This document shows positions 37,253 to 46,211 of a DNA stretch of 62,297 nucleotides, piece by piece (the first letter of the stretch is position 1; every line of letters begins with the position of its first letter). The stretch is from Candidatus Falkowbacteria bacterium (lineage in GTDB: Bacteria > Patescibacteriota > Patescibacteriia > Patescibacteriales > UBA12465): positions 1 to 62,297 of the forward strand of contig PWHG01000084.1 of assembly GCA_003554785.1 (NCBI GenBank). Reading direction: 5' to 3'. A program made the position numbers and the translations under genes. The notes below the pieces were generated by a model that made no database searches, was not told where the DNA came from, and saw nothing but the letters and a program-made list of their open reading frames with translations.

Positions 37253-38107
37253 TTATTTCTTGTATTTCTTGAAATTCCTGAAAGTGGTTTCGAGTTTCTT
37301 GATCGACCGGTCGATGTCCGTGTAGGCGCATTTGGCGAATAGAGCGTCGACCATCGCGAGCTGGGAGATCCGGCTGGTCATGGCGGCGCTTCTGAATTCA
37401 CCCTCGAGTGAGGATGTGTAGAGCACGACATCGGAAATGTCCGCGAGCAGCGAGGTGCCAAGCTTGACGATGCTGATGATCTTGGCGTTGTTTTCTTTCG
37501 CAAGCAGGGCGGCGCTGATGATTTCTTTCGTCTTGCCCGAGTTCGAGATGAAGACGATGACATCCTTGTGGTTGATGAACGACGCATCGATGAGCTGATC
37601 GTGTGACTCGCCCTGGGCGATACAGAATTTGTTGATGCGACGCAGTTTCATCTGCAAATCATTACAGACGAGGAATGAGGAACCTTTGCCGAAAATGAGG
37701 ACTTTGCGGGCACGCATGATGATTTCAGCGGCTTCCTGGATCTTTTCCTCATCGAGCAGTTTCATTGTGTCTTCAAGGACACGGATATTGTTTTCAATGA
37801 CCGATTTTCCGGAATCGAGGGCTTTGTTCAAAATCACATCGTGATATTCCTGGCTTTCGGGGATATCGACCTTGGCATTGGCGAGGATGAAATCGATCTT
37901 GAAGTCCTTGAAACCCTTATATCCGAGTTTCTTGCACATACGTACGACCGAAGCCGGCGAGGTATAGGCCGCTTTGGCGATTTTTTCAACACTGAAATCG
38001 CTGATGATGGATTTATTCTCGATAAGATAATCGAGGACAACGCGCTCAGCCATGCTCAGGTCTTCTTTGTGCTTGAGCATGTTCAACATAACGCTGATAG
38101 GAATCAC
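37253..38107 (-). CDS. murR: MurR/RpiR-family transcriptional regulator (HTH_6 + SIS)
   Basis: 284 aa. N-terminal LSMAERVVLDYLIEN...AKAAYTSPASVVRMCKKLGYKGF HTH and a SIS domain with VLIFGKGSS and FISNSGKT. The start is uncertain (GTG 38107, or ATG 38089 giving MLNMLK...). Confidence 0.85.
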   Translation of the reverse strand: MIPISVMLNMLKHKEDLSMAERVVLDYLIENKSIISDFSVEKIAKAAYTSPASVVRMCKKLGYKGFKDFKIDFILANAKVDIPESQEYHDVILNKALDSGKSVIENNIRVLEDTMKLLDEEKIQEAAEIIMRARKVLIFGKGSSFLVCNDLQMKLRRINKFCIAQGESHDQLIDASFINHKDVIVFISNSGKTKEIISAALLAKENNAKIISIVKLGTSLLADISDVVLYTSSLEGEFRSAAMTSRISQLAMVDALFAKCAYTDIDRSIKKLETTFRNFKKYKK

Positions 38108-38128
38108 CTCATAATTTCTAAATAGGAA

Positions 38129-38180
38129 TTGTAACCGTTTTACGTCAACATATTATAGCACTTAAGCAAAACGTTTACAA
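38129..38180 (-). promoter_or_regulatory. murR promoter flanked by a 13-nt inverted repeat (candidate operator)
   Basis: Minus strand: TTGTAA (38175..38180), 17-nt spacer, TGcTATAAT (extended -10; TATAAT at 38152..38157). Arms TTGTAACCGTTTT (38129..38141, plus strand) and TTGTAAACGTTTT (complement of 38168..38180) differ at one position. Confidence 0.55.
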
Positions 38181-38204
38181 TACCCCCGTTTTTCAAAAGG
38201 TCGC

Positions 38205-39599
38205 TCAGATGATTTTATCAGGATTCAAAATGTTGTTAGGGTCGAATGTCGCCTTGATACCGCGCATGAGCGTCATCTGTGCTTCGCCGAGTTGTCGGGC
38301 CATATACCGTCTTTTCGCGTACCCGATACCATGTTCGCCGGTCACCAGTCCGCCGTGGGCGGCCGCCTTGTCATAAAGAAGTCCAAAGGCTTCATCACGT
38401 CGTTTCAACCATGTCTTCTCATCGAGGTCGTCCTTGCAGAGATAGATATGCAGATTGCCATCCCCGACATGTCCGAAATACGGAATTCGCATACTGAGTT
38501 TCTCTGCGAGGTCGCGTGTGTATTCCAAAAAGGCGCCGATTTCTTTTCTCGGAAGGACGACATCACACTCGTCGATGGCGCTCGAGGAGGCCTTGATGGC
38601 TTCTAAGAAGCCGCCTCTGACCGTCCAGACACTGCTTTTTCTTTCCTCCGTGTCAATCAGATAGGCGTCGATGGCGCCGTATTGTTCGACGCAAAGCGCG
38701 CTCGCCGCATCGATGTCATTGTCGACTTCCGCCTTGCTGTTGCCGTCGTAGGTGACAAGCAGATAGGATTCATGGTTGTTGTGGGGGAGTTTCTTGCCGA
38801 GAAAGGACTCACTGTGCCGCAATGCTTCTTTTTCAAGGTATTCCACCGCGGTCGGAATCACGTGGTCCATGATCAGCCGCGGTGCGGCGTCGATCGCGGC
38901 CGCTCTTGTTTCAAAGGGCACCAGCAGACTGACGGTATATTTGGGTTTCGGCATCAGTTTAAGGGTCGCCTCGGTGATGATCGCCAGTGTTCCCTCGCTG
39001 CCGATGATCAGATCCTTGAGGGCGTAACCGGTCGAGTTCTTGACGACTTTTCCGCCGAACGTCGCGGTCTCACCGTTTGGAAGCACCACTTCGAGGCCGC
39101 GGACCCAGTCTCTTGTCACCCCGTACTTGACAGCCCGCATGCCGCCGGCGTTCGTGGAGATGTTGCCGCCGATGGTGGCGGTCTTCTCTCCGGGGTCCGG
39201 GGCATAGAAAAGACCTTCTTTTTCAACATGTTCATAGATATCGAGTAAAAGCACGCCTGGTTCAACGCGAAGGGTGAGATTGGTCTTGTCGAGCTCGATG
39301 ATGCGGTTCATTTTGGACATATCGAGCAGGATACCGCCTTTGACGGCGACACAGGCGCCGACGAGCCCGGTGCCCGCGCCGCGGACGGTCACGGGAATCT
39401 TTCTATCGTTCGCATAGCGCATGATCTTTGCGACCATGGCTTTTTCAGTGACGGTAAGATGGACCTCAGGGCTGTTGGCGACGGTGCCGAGTTCATCATG
39501 GAAAAGATCGGGCTCGATCGTGTCGCCGGTTTTCAGATTGGCTTCGCCCACGATCGCTCTCAGTGCGTCATGGTCCTGTTCTGTCATTGTGCGCTTCAT
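38205..39599 (-). CDS. FAD-linked oxidase (GlcD/LctD-like lactate dehydrogenase)
   Basis: 464 aa. PCMH-type FAD-binding N-terminal half (VTVRGAGTGLVG) and C-terminal GEHGIGYAKR. Overlaps etfA by 4 nt. Confidence 0.8.
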   Translation of the reverse strand: MKRTMTEQDHDALRAIVGEANLKTGDTIEPDLFHDELGTVANSPEVHLTVTEKAMVAKIMRYANDRKIPVTVRGAGTGLVGACVAVKGGILLDMSKMNRIIELDKTNLTLRVEPGVLLLDIYEHVEKEGLFYAPDPGEKTATIGGNISTNAGGMRAVKYGVTRDWVRGLEVVLPNGETATFGGKVVKNSTGYALKDLIIGSEGTLAIITEATLKLMPKPKYTVSLLVPFETRAAAIDAAPRLIMDHVIPTAVEYLEKEALRHSESFLGKKLPHNNHESYLLVTYDGNSKAEVDNDIDAASALCVEQYGAIDAYLIDTEERKSSVWTVRGGFLEAIKASSSAIDECDVVLPRKEIGAFLEYTRDLAEKLSMRIPYFGHVGDGNLHIYLCKDDLDEKTWLKRRDEAFGLLYDKAAAHGGLVTGEHGIGYAKRRYMARQLGEAQMTLMRGIKATFDPNNILNPDKII

Positions 39600-40795
39600 T
39601 TCAATTCCTCCAATAATGCGTCGACCAGGGTGTTCAGTTCCGGTAGAATCTCATAGATATCGCCGACGATCGAGTAGTGGCTGATGTCGAAGAGTTTGTT
39701 GTTTTCGTCTTTGTTGATGGAGATGATCAGTTCGGAGTCCTTCATGCCTTCAATGAACTGCACCGCACCGCTCACACCGAGATTGATGATGAGTTTCGGT
39801 TTCACCGTGCGTCCGGAGAGTCCGATCTGTTTTCTGGGGTCGAACCATCCGTTTTCAATCAGCGGTCTCGTGCAGGCGATTTGCGCGTTCAGTTTCTTAC
39901 GAAGCGGTTCGATCAACTCGAGGTCGGCCTGCTTCTTGAAGGCGCGCCCGACCGCGATGATGATATCCGCGTCGCTGATGTCGTTCACTTTCGGCTGATG
40001 GATGGTTTCCATGAGCCGGATGGTGCTTTCTTTCGCGATATCGGCTGTGTTCTCGCGGATGACTTCGCCCTTTTTCTCACCTTGAGGCGGCTTGTCGAAC
40101 ATCTTATAGCGGATGGTCGCGAGTTGAGGACGGTGGTTCGGGGGGTGGATCTTGGCCATGATGTTGCCGCCGAAAGCGGGTCTGATCTGCAAAAGGTCGC
40201 CATCCTTTGTGATATCGAGCATGGTGCAGTCGGCGGTGAGTCCGGTCTTGAGGCGGGCGGCCACTTTCGGAGCGAAGCTTCTTCCTTGAGTCGTGCCGCC
40301 CATCAGGATGATGTTGTTGCTGTATTTTTTATAGAAGGCTTCGATTGCGTTGGTGTAGCGTTCGACATTGAAATCACGGTACCATTCGTCCTCATAGACG
40401 AAGACCTTATCGACACCGTAGGAAAGGGCCTCATCGACGATATCACCTGTATCGTCTCCGATGACGAGCGCATAGACTTCCTCACCGGTTGTTTTTGCCA
40501 GCTCGCGAGCCTTGCCAATCAGTTCCCAGGCGACCGGATGGGCGATGTTGTCTCTTTGTTCGACATAGACGGCGATGCCTTGGTAAGCGGTCTTGTCGAT
40601 CTTCGGTCGGTCGTCCTCGATGAATTCGCAGACACCTTCCGGTCCTTTGGTGACACAGAGCTTGCAGACCTTGCAGGCGGCGTTGATGGACAGATAGGCA
40701 TCGTTATAGTCGAAGGCGTCGAATGGACAGACCCGCTTCAGTTTTTCAGCGATTTCATCGTTGACTTTGTCTTGGTTCACTTTGATGTATGCCAT
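39596..40795 (-). CDS. etfA: electron transfer flavoprotein alpha subunit with an N-terminal ferredoxin-like Cys cluster (LctC-like)
   Basis: 399 aa. N-terminal CPFDAF...CKVCKLCVTKGPEGVC, followed by an EtfA body (IIAVGRA, GLSGRTVKPKLIINLGVSGAVQ). Confidence 0.85.
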   Translation of the reverse strand: MAYIKVNQDKVNDEIAEKLKRVCPFDAFDYNDAYLSINAACKVCKLCVTKGPEGVCEFIEDDRPKIDKTAYQGIAVYVEQRDNIAHPVAWELIGKARELAKTTGEEVYALVIGDDTGDIVDEALSYGVDKVFVYEDEWYRDFNVERYTNAIEAFYKKYSNNIILMGGTTQGRSFAPKVAARLKTGLTADCTMLDITKDGDLLQIRPAFGGNIMAKIHPPNHRPQLATIRYKMFDKPPQGEKKGEVIRENTADIAKESTIRLMETIHQPKVNDISDADIIIAVGRAFKKQADLELIEPLRKKLNAQIACTRPLIENGWFDPRKQIGLSGRTVKPKLIINLGVSGAVQFIEGMKDSELIISINKDENNKLFDISHYSIVGDIYEILPELNTLVDALLEELK

Positions 40796-40803
40796 ATTAT
40801 CAC

Positions 40804-41595
40804 CTACAGAAAACGACTTTCTTTGAGAATGTCCACAAGTTTCTTGCCTGATTCTTCTGGCGTGGTGCTGATGCGTACGGTTTCACTTGTCGAGCTCGGC
40901 GGGAAAATCTCCTCGACCTGCGTCGGCGATCCGTTCAGACCGTAGTTGTCCGGGTTCTTATCATTGAAATCTTTCAGGCTCACCACGGGAATCTTGTAAT
41001 CTTTGAAGGAAAGGCGTCGCCGGTAGGAAGGCAGACGCGGGACGAAGGCGCCTTTGTCCACGGTGATCAGGACGGGAAAGGAAACCTCGACAATCTCATC
41101 GCAGGAATCATAAGCGCTTCTTAAGATGATGCTTCCGTCCTTGACTTCCATGAATTCCTTCACATAAGGCACATGCGGAATGCCTAAGAACTCGGCGATC
41201 TCGGGACCGACCTGCGCCGTGTCACCATCGGTGGTCTGCTTGCCGCAGACGATCACATCATAGCCGCCGATGTGACGGATCATCTGTGATAAAGTGTAGG
41301 CGGTCGCGAGGACGTCCGCGCCGGCAAAGCGGCGGTCACTGACCAAAGACGCCTCGTCAGAACCCATCTGAAGCGCTTCAACAAGCACATCGCTCGCGCT
41401 CGGCGGACCCATGGTGATTGAATGGACGCTGACGTCTTTTCTCTGTTCTTTCATATGATAGGCCGCTTCTAGCGCGTAAAGGTCATAAGGGTTCATCTTC
41501 ACGTTGTTGCCATCGCGGATAAGTACGCCCGTCTCGGGGTCGACCTCGACGTCCGATGAAGCCGGAACCTGTTTGATACATGTGATTATTTTCAT
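40804..41595 (-). CDS. etfB: electron transfer flavoprotein beta subunit (LctB-like)
   Basis: The ORF track starts at 41643. I prefer the ATG at 41595 (MKIITCIKQVPAS...), 7 nt after GAGG. Confidence 0.85.
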   Translation of the reverse strand: MKIITCIKQVPASSDVEVDPETGVLIRDGNNVKMNPYDLYALEAAYHMKEQRKDVSVHSITMGPPSASDVLVEALQMGSDEASLVSDRRFAGADVLATAYTLSQMIRHIGGYDVIVCGKQTTDGDTAQVGPEIAEFLGIPHVPYVKEFMEVKDGSIILRSAYDSCDEIVEVSFPVLITVDKGAFVPRLPSYRRRLSFKDYKIPVVSLKDFNDKNPDNYGLNGSPTQVEEIFPPSSTSETVRISTTPEESGKKLVDILKESRFL

Positions 41596-41707
41596 CATTT
41601 CACCTCGTACAATAGAGATAATTTGCCATTCTAAAGATACCATAGTTTATGCGCCATAAAAAGGTTTTCATGGGCTTTTTCAGGAATGGGAAATTCCATT
41701 CAATAAA

Positions 41708-41734
41708 AGAAACACCGCATGAGGCGGTGTTTCT
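41708..41734. terminator. strong hairpin (11-bp stem) between divergent genes; terminator or attenuator
   Basis: AGAAACACCGC (41708..41718) / GCGGTGTTTCT (41724..41734), 5-nt loop, T-rich tails on both strands. Lies about 110 nt upstream of the etfB start. Confidence 0.5.
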
Positions 41735-41863
41735 TTTGAAGGAGATAACGCTTATCCGTTAAAGGTCTTAATCTGTCAGTCACTTACAGACTCAAGACGT
41801 TTCAAAATCACTCATATGGTCTTAATACCTTCTCATCCTACATCCAAAAGAGTTATAATTCAA
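41735..41863 (-). promoter_or_regulatory. candidate promoter plus structured leader (or short sRNA) reading into the 41708..41734 hairpin
   Basis: Minus strand: TTGAAT (41858..41863), 17-nt spacer, TAGGAT (41835..41840). Downstream are the hairpins GTCTT..TCTGT..ACAGA..AAGAC and GGATAAgcgTTATCC. Confidence 0.3.
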
Positions 41864-42115
41864 CCGCTTTCATGACATTTCCCGCTTTTTACGGATTTTA
41901 AAAATTTTATTCAGCAACGCGCTTTTTAAACGGGTTTTATTTTTTCCGTTTTTGGAAATAGCATTCTTTTTCTCACCGTGACATAATGTGATATACGTCT
42001 CAACAAAGCCTTAGTTCATCCGTTTTAATCTTATTTTTCATAATTGTAAATAATAGCGTTTTCATATACAGTATTCATGAAAAGCAAGGCATCAAACCCA
42101 ACTAGGAGGCAACCG

Positions 42116-42769
42116 ATGAAAAAATTCCTGTTACTTTCGTTATTCGTCCCATTGCTCATCATCACCGCTTGCGACCGTGACCCCGTTCCTGAAGACGACT
42201 TGCTCTGTGAAGACGGTCAGATTCCGGTCGACGGCGAATGCATCGCCTTGAACCATATTGAGCAACGTCTTCATGGTGCGCTTGAAAACACGGCCGCCCT
42301 TGATCATTACGCCATCACGGTGGTCGCCAGCGACCACGAAGTGATTTATGATTTCACCATGCGCTTCGATGAAGGCAAATCGATGTTCCAAGACGCCAAC
42401 ACAACAACCTTTTATACCAGAGATGACGATGTCTGCACCCTTATCGATATCACCCTTGACACTAAAACCCATGAGCTGATCGACTGTCCCGACCAGGAGG
42501 CCGGTTATCAGTTCTACCGGGCCTTCGATTACAGCTGGTTCACGGTCGAACAGGACCGCTATGTGCTTGATGACGAACACCTCGCCCATGTCGGCAGTCT
42601 GTTCGAAACCGTTGAAAGCGGCATCAGCCTCGACAGGCTTTCTCTCGATGTCGCACTGGACCATATCCACACCATTGATATGATATTCGTCGACGGTGAT
42701 ACGACCATCGACATCACCATGACATTCACGGAAGTCGGCAGTGCCACCATCACACTGCCCGAAGAATAG
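42116..42769 (+). CDS. lipoprotein of unknown function
   Basis: The ATG at 42116 lies behind AGGAGG (the ORF track starts at 42077). MKKFLLLSLFVPLLIITAC lipobox. Confidence 0.7.
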   Translation: MKKFLLLSLFVPLLIITACDRDPVPEDDLLCEDGQIPVDGECIALNHIEQRLHGALENTAALDHYAITVVASDHEVIYDFTMRFDEGKSMFQDANTTTFYTRDDDVCTLIDITLDTKTHELIDCPDQEAGYQFYRAFDYSWFTVEQDRYVLDDEHLAHVGSLFETVESGISLDRLSLDVALDHIHTIDMIFVDGDTTIDITMTFTEVGSATITLPEE

Positions 42770-42778
42770 GAGGCGCTC

Positions 42779-44329
42779 ATGAAAAAAATCATCCTTTTGA
42801 TTCTATTGTTTGTGACGACAATCACCATTCCGTCGACCAGTGCCGGAACGATTTTCAGATTCGATTACGACCAGCGAGTGACCGAATACTACCACAACGC
42901 ACTAAGACATACCCACATCATCGGCGAAATCAACTATAACGGCACCGTCACCTCCCAGAAAGTCAACTACCTTTCGGGCAATCCGACCACGTCCGACAAC
43001 CTCCACGTCATTGTCGGCGACAATTACCTCGACCATGGTTGGGGAAGAGGCACACTCGAGACTCAGAAAGACAATATCCATGAGCGTTACCAGGACTATG
43101 AGGTTCTAGGCGGGGTGAACGGTGATTTCTACGGCACCAACGGCATCCCCATTGAAGCCTATGTCCGCGATTTCGAGGTGCTCTCGATGGGCCTTGGCGT
43201 CAACCGGACCGTCGTCGGTTTCAAAGACAACGGCGAGGTGGTCTTCGGCCGCCCCGGTTTCGAAGGCTATGAGACCATCGTCTTCGATGAGGACGGCAAC
43301 ATCAAACACCGTATGCCGATCGAAGGCATCAACACCATGCCCGCGACCGAAGGCGGCCTCACCGTCTTTTTTGAAAATCATGAACAGACCATTCCCGAAG
43401 GTCCGAACAAAGTTGTTATCGGTGCGACAAATTCCAAGTTCGACGATTATGACCGTACCTTCTTCAGCAAGGGACACATGGTCGATGAGACGAGTGATGC
43501 CATCGATGTGAACCTCCAACGATTCATCCTCGTCGGTGATTCCCTCAATGCGGACGGACTGTTCACCGCAACCGACACCGTCATCGTACAACAGCGCATG
43601 AGCGGCGATTTCGAAGATGTGCGTTTCGCCGTGGGCGCCTGGGAACAGCTCGTCAAAGACGGCGTCACCACCGAATACCACAGCGAGGGCGCCGGACCGA
43701 ACTTCCGTCATCCGAGAACCGCGATCGGCGTCAAGGAAGACGGCACCGTCTTCTTCCTGACTGTCGACGGTCGTGATTTTTCCAACGGTTTCCATGGGGT
43801 GACCGCCTATGAACTTTCCGAGATCATGGCCCACTTCGGCGCCGTCGACGCCTACAACCTCGATGGCGGCGGCAGTACCGCGATGCTGCTCATGGACCAT
43901 GATGGTGATTATCACTACAAAAACACACCGTCAGACGGTCAACCCCGTGCGGTGACCAACGGTCTTTTCTTCGTGAGGGGCGCCCATGACCCCGCCCCTG
44001 CTGAACTCCCCTACCCCGATACCAGACAAACGTTGCCTACCCCGGAAAACGTCCGTATCACAGAAGATGAAGCGATTGTCTTCGACGCGGTCGACAATGC
44101 TTCGGGCTACGAAATTGAAATCAATGGCATACGTTACTTCAACGAGCAAAACAGCGTCAGCCTCCCACTCAGCCCCGGTGAGAACCAGATTCGCATTCGC
44201 GCCAGCGGCGACACCGTAGATTACAAAAACTCGGATTTCACCCAAACCATCTCCTACACGTTCTACAATGAACCCATGCGCGATATCCTCGAAGCCTTCA
44301 GACGCTTTACCAAAAACAGACTTGATTGA
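42779..44329 (+). CDS. secreted phosphodiester glycosidase family protein (DUF2233/NAGPA-like) with a C-terminal Fn3-like domain
   Basis: 516 aa with a signal peptide. AYNLDGGGSTAMLL and RTAIGVKEDGTVFFLTVDGR motifs typical of DUF2233. Confidence 0.75.
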   Translation: MKKIILLILLFVTTITIPSTSAGTIFRFDYDQRVTEYYHNALRHTHIIGEINYNGTVTSQKVNYLSGNPTTSDNLHVIVGDNYLDHGWGRGTLETQKDNIHERYQDYEVLGGVNGDFYGTNGIPIEAYVRDFEVLSMGLGVNRTVVGFKDNGEVVFGRPGFEGYETIVFDEDGNIKHRMPIEGINTMPATEGGLTVFFENHEQTIPEGPNKVVIGATNSKFDDYDRTFFSKGHMVDETSDAIDVNLQRFILVGDSLNADGLFTATDTVIVQQRMSGDFEDVRFAVGAWEQLVKDGVTTEYHSEGAGPNFRHPRTAIGVKEDGTVFFLTVDGRDFSNGFHGVTAYELSEIMAHFGAVDAYNLDGGGSTAMLLMDHDGDYHYKNTPSDGQPRAVTNGLFFVRGAHDPAPAELPYPDTRQTLPTPENVRITEDEAIVFDAVDNASGYEIEINGIRYFNEQNSVSLPLSPGENQIRIRASGDTVDYKNSDFTQTISYTFYNEPMRDILEAFRRFTKNRLD

Positions 44330-44348
44330 CCGATATGGTCATTAAATG

Positions 44349-44384
44349 AAAAAATCATGCCGACTTATGTGGGCATGATTTTTT
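44349..44384. terminator. bidirectional terminator between convergent genes
   Basis: AAAAAATCATGCC / GGCATGATTTTTT arms (13 bp), 10-nt loop. Confidence 0.7.
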
Positions 44385-44388
44385 CATT

Positions 44389-44889
44389 TCAGTCTATGAT
44401 CTTCTTCCAGTGTTCGACAAGGTCTTCGAGCCTGTACTGCGCATTCGCAGGCGAAGTCGATGGCAAGGTTGCGGCCATTGCGTTCAAAGCGGGGTTGTAT
44501 TTTTTGAAAAGCGACGCGGCCTTCTTTCCGTTCAAAGCGATAAACCGGATCTTCGTCCCGGCGATGAGCGTTTCGATATCGGCGGGTTTCACATTGGTGA
44601 TCGACGAATCTTTCGATCCGGTGATGTCACAGCTTTCAATCACATCATAGAGTGCGATGCGATGTTTTTTCAGGGCCCGCTTCTTTTCTGTAATGCAGTC
44701 AGCTTCGAATGCCCCGTCATCGAAGATTCTGGCAAGAACCGCCCAAAAGCGGTTCTGCGGATGCATATAGAAAAAGTCCTGTTCCCGGGATTTCACCGAA
44801 GGGAAGCTACCGAGGATCAGAATCTCGCTATCTCCATTGATGAAGGGCGGAAAGCCGTGGTCGGGTATGTGGGTCTTCTTCTCGGTCAT
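44389..44889 (-). CDS. DNA-deoxyinosine (hypoxanthine) glycosylase, UDG superfamily
   Basis: 166 aa. ILILGSFPSVKSREQDFFYMHPQNRFW matches the family signature. Confidence 0.8.
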   Translation of the reverse strand: MTEKKTHIPDHGFPPFINGDSEILILGSFPSVKSREQDFFYMHPQNRFWAVLARIFDDGAFEADCITEKKRALKKHRIALYDVIESCDITGSKDSSITNVKPADIETLIAGTKIRFIALNGKKAASLFKKYNPALNAMAATLPSTSPANAQYRLEDLVEHWKKIID

Positions 44890-44950
44890 GAGCGTCTCCT
44901 TTCATGATCACGTTGGTGATGAAAGCAAAATTGCCGGGATAAGAGTTAGG

Positions 44951-45499
44951 CTAGGACGACTGGTTGTCATGATAGTCTTTTCTGAGCAGACCATAATATC
45001 TGAGGTCGTGATGGATGCCATCCCGCTGCACGTGTTCCCGCAAGGTCCCTTCGTATTTGAGACCGATTTTCTCCATGAGGCGCCATGAACCGGGGTTCTG
45101 TTCGAAGGCGGCCGCATAGATGCGGTTGAGACCGAGCGTCCCAAAACCGTACCTGATGAGGGCTTTCGCGGCTTCGGAACCGTAGCCCTTGTTCCAGTAG
45201 GGCTTACCGATCCAATAGCCGAGTTCCCCGCGGTCGAAATCCTTTTTCAGATTGAAGCTCACCGAACCGATCAGGACGTTTTCATCCTTTTCGATGATGG
45301 CGAAACTGAGCATCTTGCCTTGTTTCTCCATGTCGAGGGCGAACGTGACGAAATCCTTCGCGGAATTCTCGGGATAGGGATGCGGGATGTTGAGTGTGCT
45401 CTTGGCGATGTCTTTCTCACTGACCAGTTTTTCGATGCGCGGGGCATCGTCAATCCGGTAGGGTCTCAGAATCAGTCGTTTGGTTGTGATCGTTTTCAT
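44951..45499 (-). CDS. GNAT N-acetyltransferase (RimJ/RimL-like)
   Basis: 182 aa. LILRPYRIDDA start and WNKGYGSEAAKALIRYGF acetyl-CoA motif. Confidence 0.85.
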   Translation of the reverse strand: MKTITTKRLILRPYRIDDAPRIEKLVSEKDIAKSTLNIPHPYPENSAKDFVTFALDMEKQGKMLSFAIIEKDENVLIGSVSFNLKKDFDRGELGYWIGKPYWNKGYGSEAAKALIRYGFGTLGLNRIYAAAFEQNPGSWRLMEKIGLKYEGTLREHVQRDGIHHDLRYYGLLRKDYHDNQSS

Positions 45500-45683
45500 T
45501 TCAGCGCCTCCTTCAGGCTCGGTTCAATCGGCGAACATGCTCGTTTCAAGCATGCACCACCCATTACCCTATGTCAATCACGGAATCAGTGACGGCGTTT
45601 AGTGAACGATGTGCGGGGTTTGGTCCGTTTCATCGTTATCGGGCCTTTGACCGTTATCACGTGTGTTTGTTTTCCGGTTCATT

Positions 45684-46154
45684 TCATTGGGCGAGCGCTT
45701 TTTCGATCAGTGCGATCTTGTCGGCATCCTTGTTGTTATGTTTTTCGCGCCGGTAGCCATCCTCATGTGAGGCCTTGTAGACACTGAGATACTGCCTGAG
45801 ATCAAGCAGGCGGTAAGCGCCGTCGTTTTCATACACGTTCGGGATGGCGTCGCCGGGGACGCCTGCGAAAGGCGTCAGGCTCTCAACCAAGGCAAAAGCC
45901 AGCACATCACCGTCTTTTTCGAACGCGTGTTCCGCCGCAACGACCAAAGTGAACCCAGAGTCTTCCATCAACCTTTTCAGCGCGTGCCAACGGCTTTCAA
46001 TGTGGACCGCCGGGACCAGCATATCGATATCATCCGGATCGAGTGGGACACCGAGTCTTCTTTCCAGTCCGAGCGAACCGAAAAGCACCGGCCTGATTCC
46101 CAGGTCGCGGTTCATTTTTGTCGCCATGGTTCTGAACAGATCGATCTTCTTCAT
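45684..46154 (-). CDS. nucleotidyltransferase-fold protein (hypothetical)
   Basis: FGSLGLERRLGVPLDPDDIDMLV fits the Pol-beta NTase pattern G[GS]x(9-14)DxD. The ATG at 46154 lies behind GAGGTG. Confidence 0.5.
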   Translation of the reverse strand: MKKIDLFRTMATKMNRDLGIRPVLFGSLGLERRLGVPLDPDDIDMLVPAVHIESRWHALKRLMEDSGFTLVVAAEHAFEKDGDVLAFALVESLTPFAGVPGDAIPNVYENDGAYRLLDLRQYLSVYKASHEDGYRREKHNNKDADKIALIEKALAQ

Positions 46155-46211
46155 GGTAATCACACCTCGTCGGCAGCGTGAAGACGCCGGAAATCTATTG
46201 TGAATGACCGG

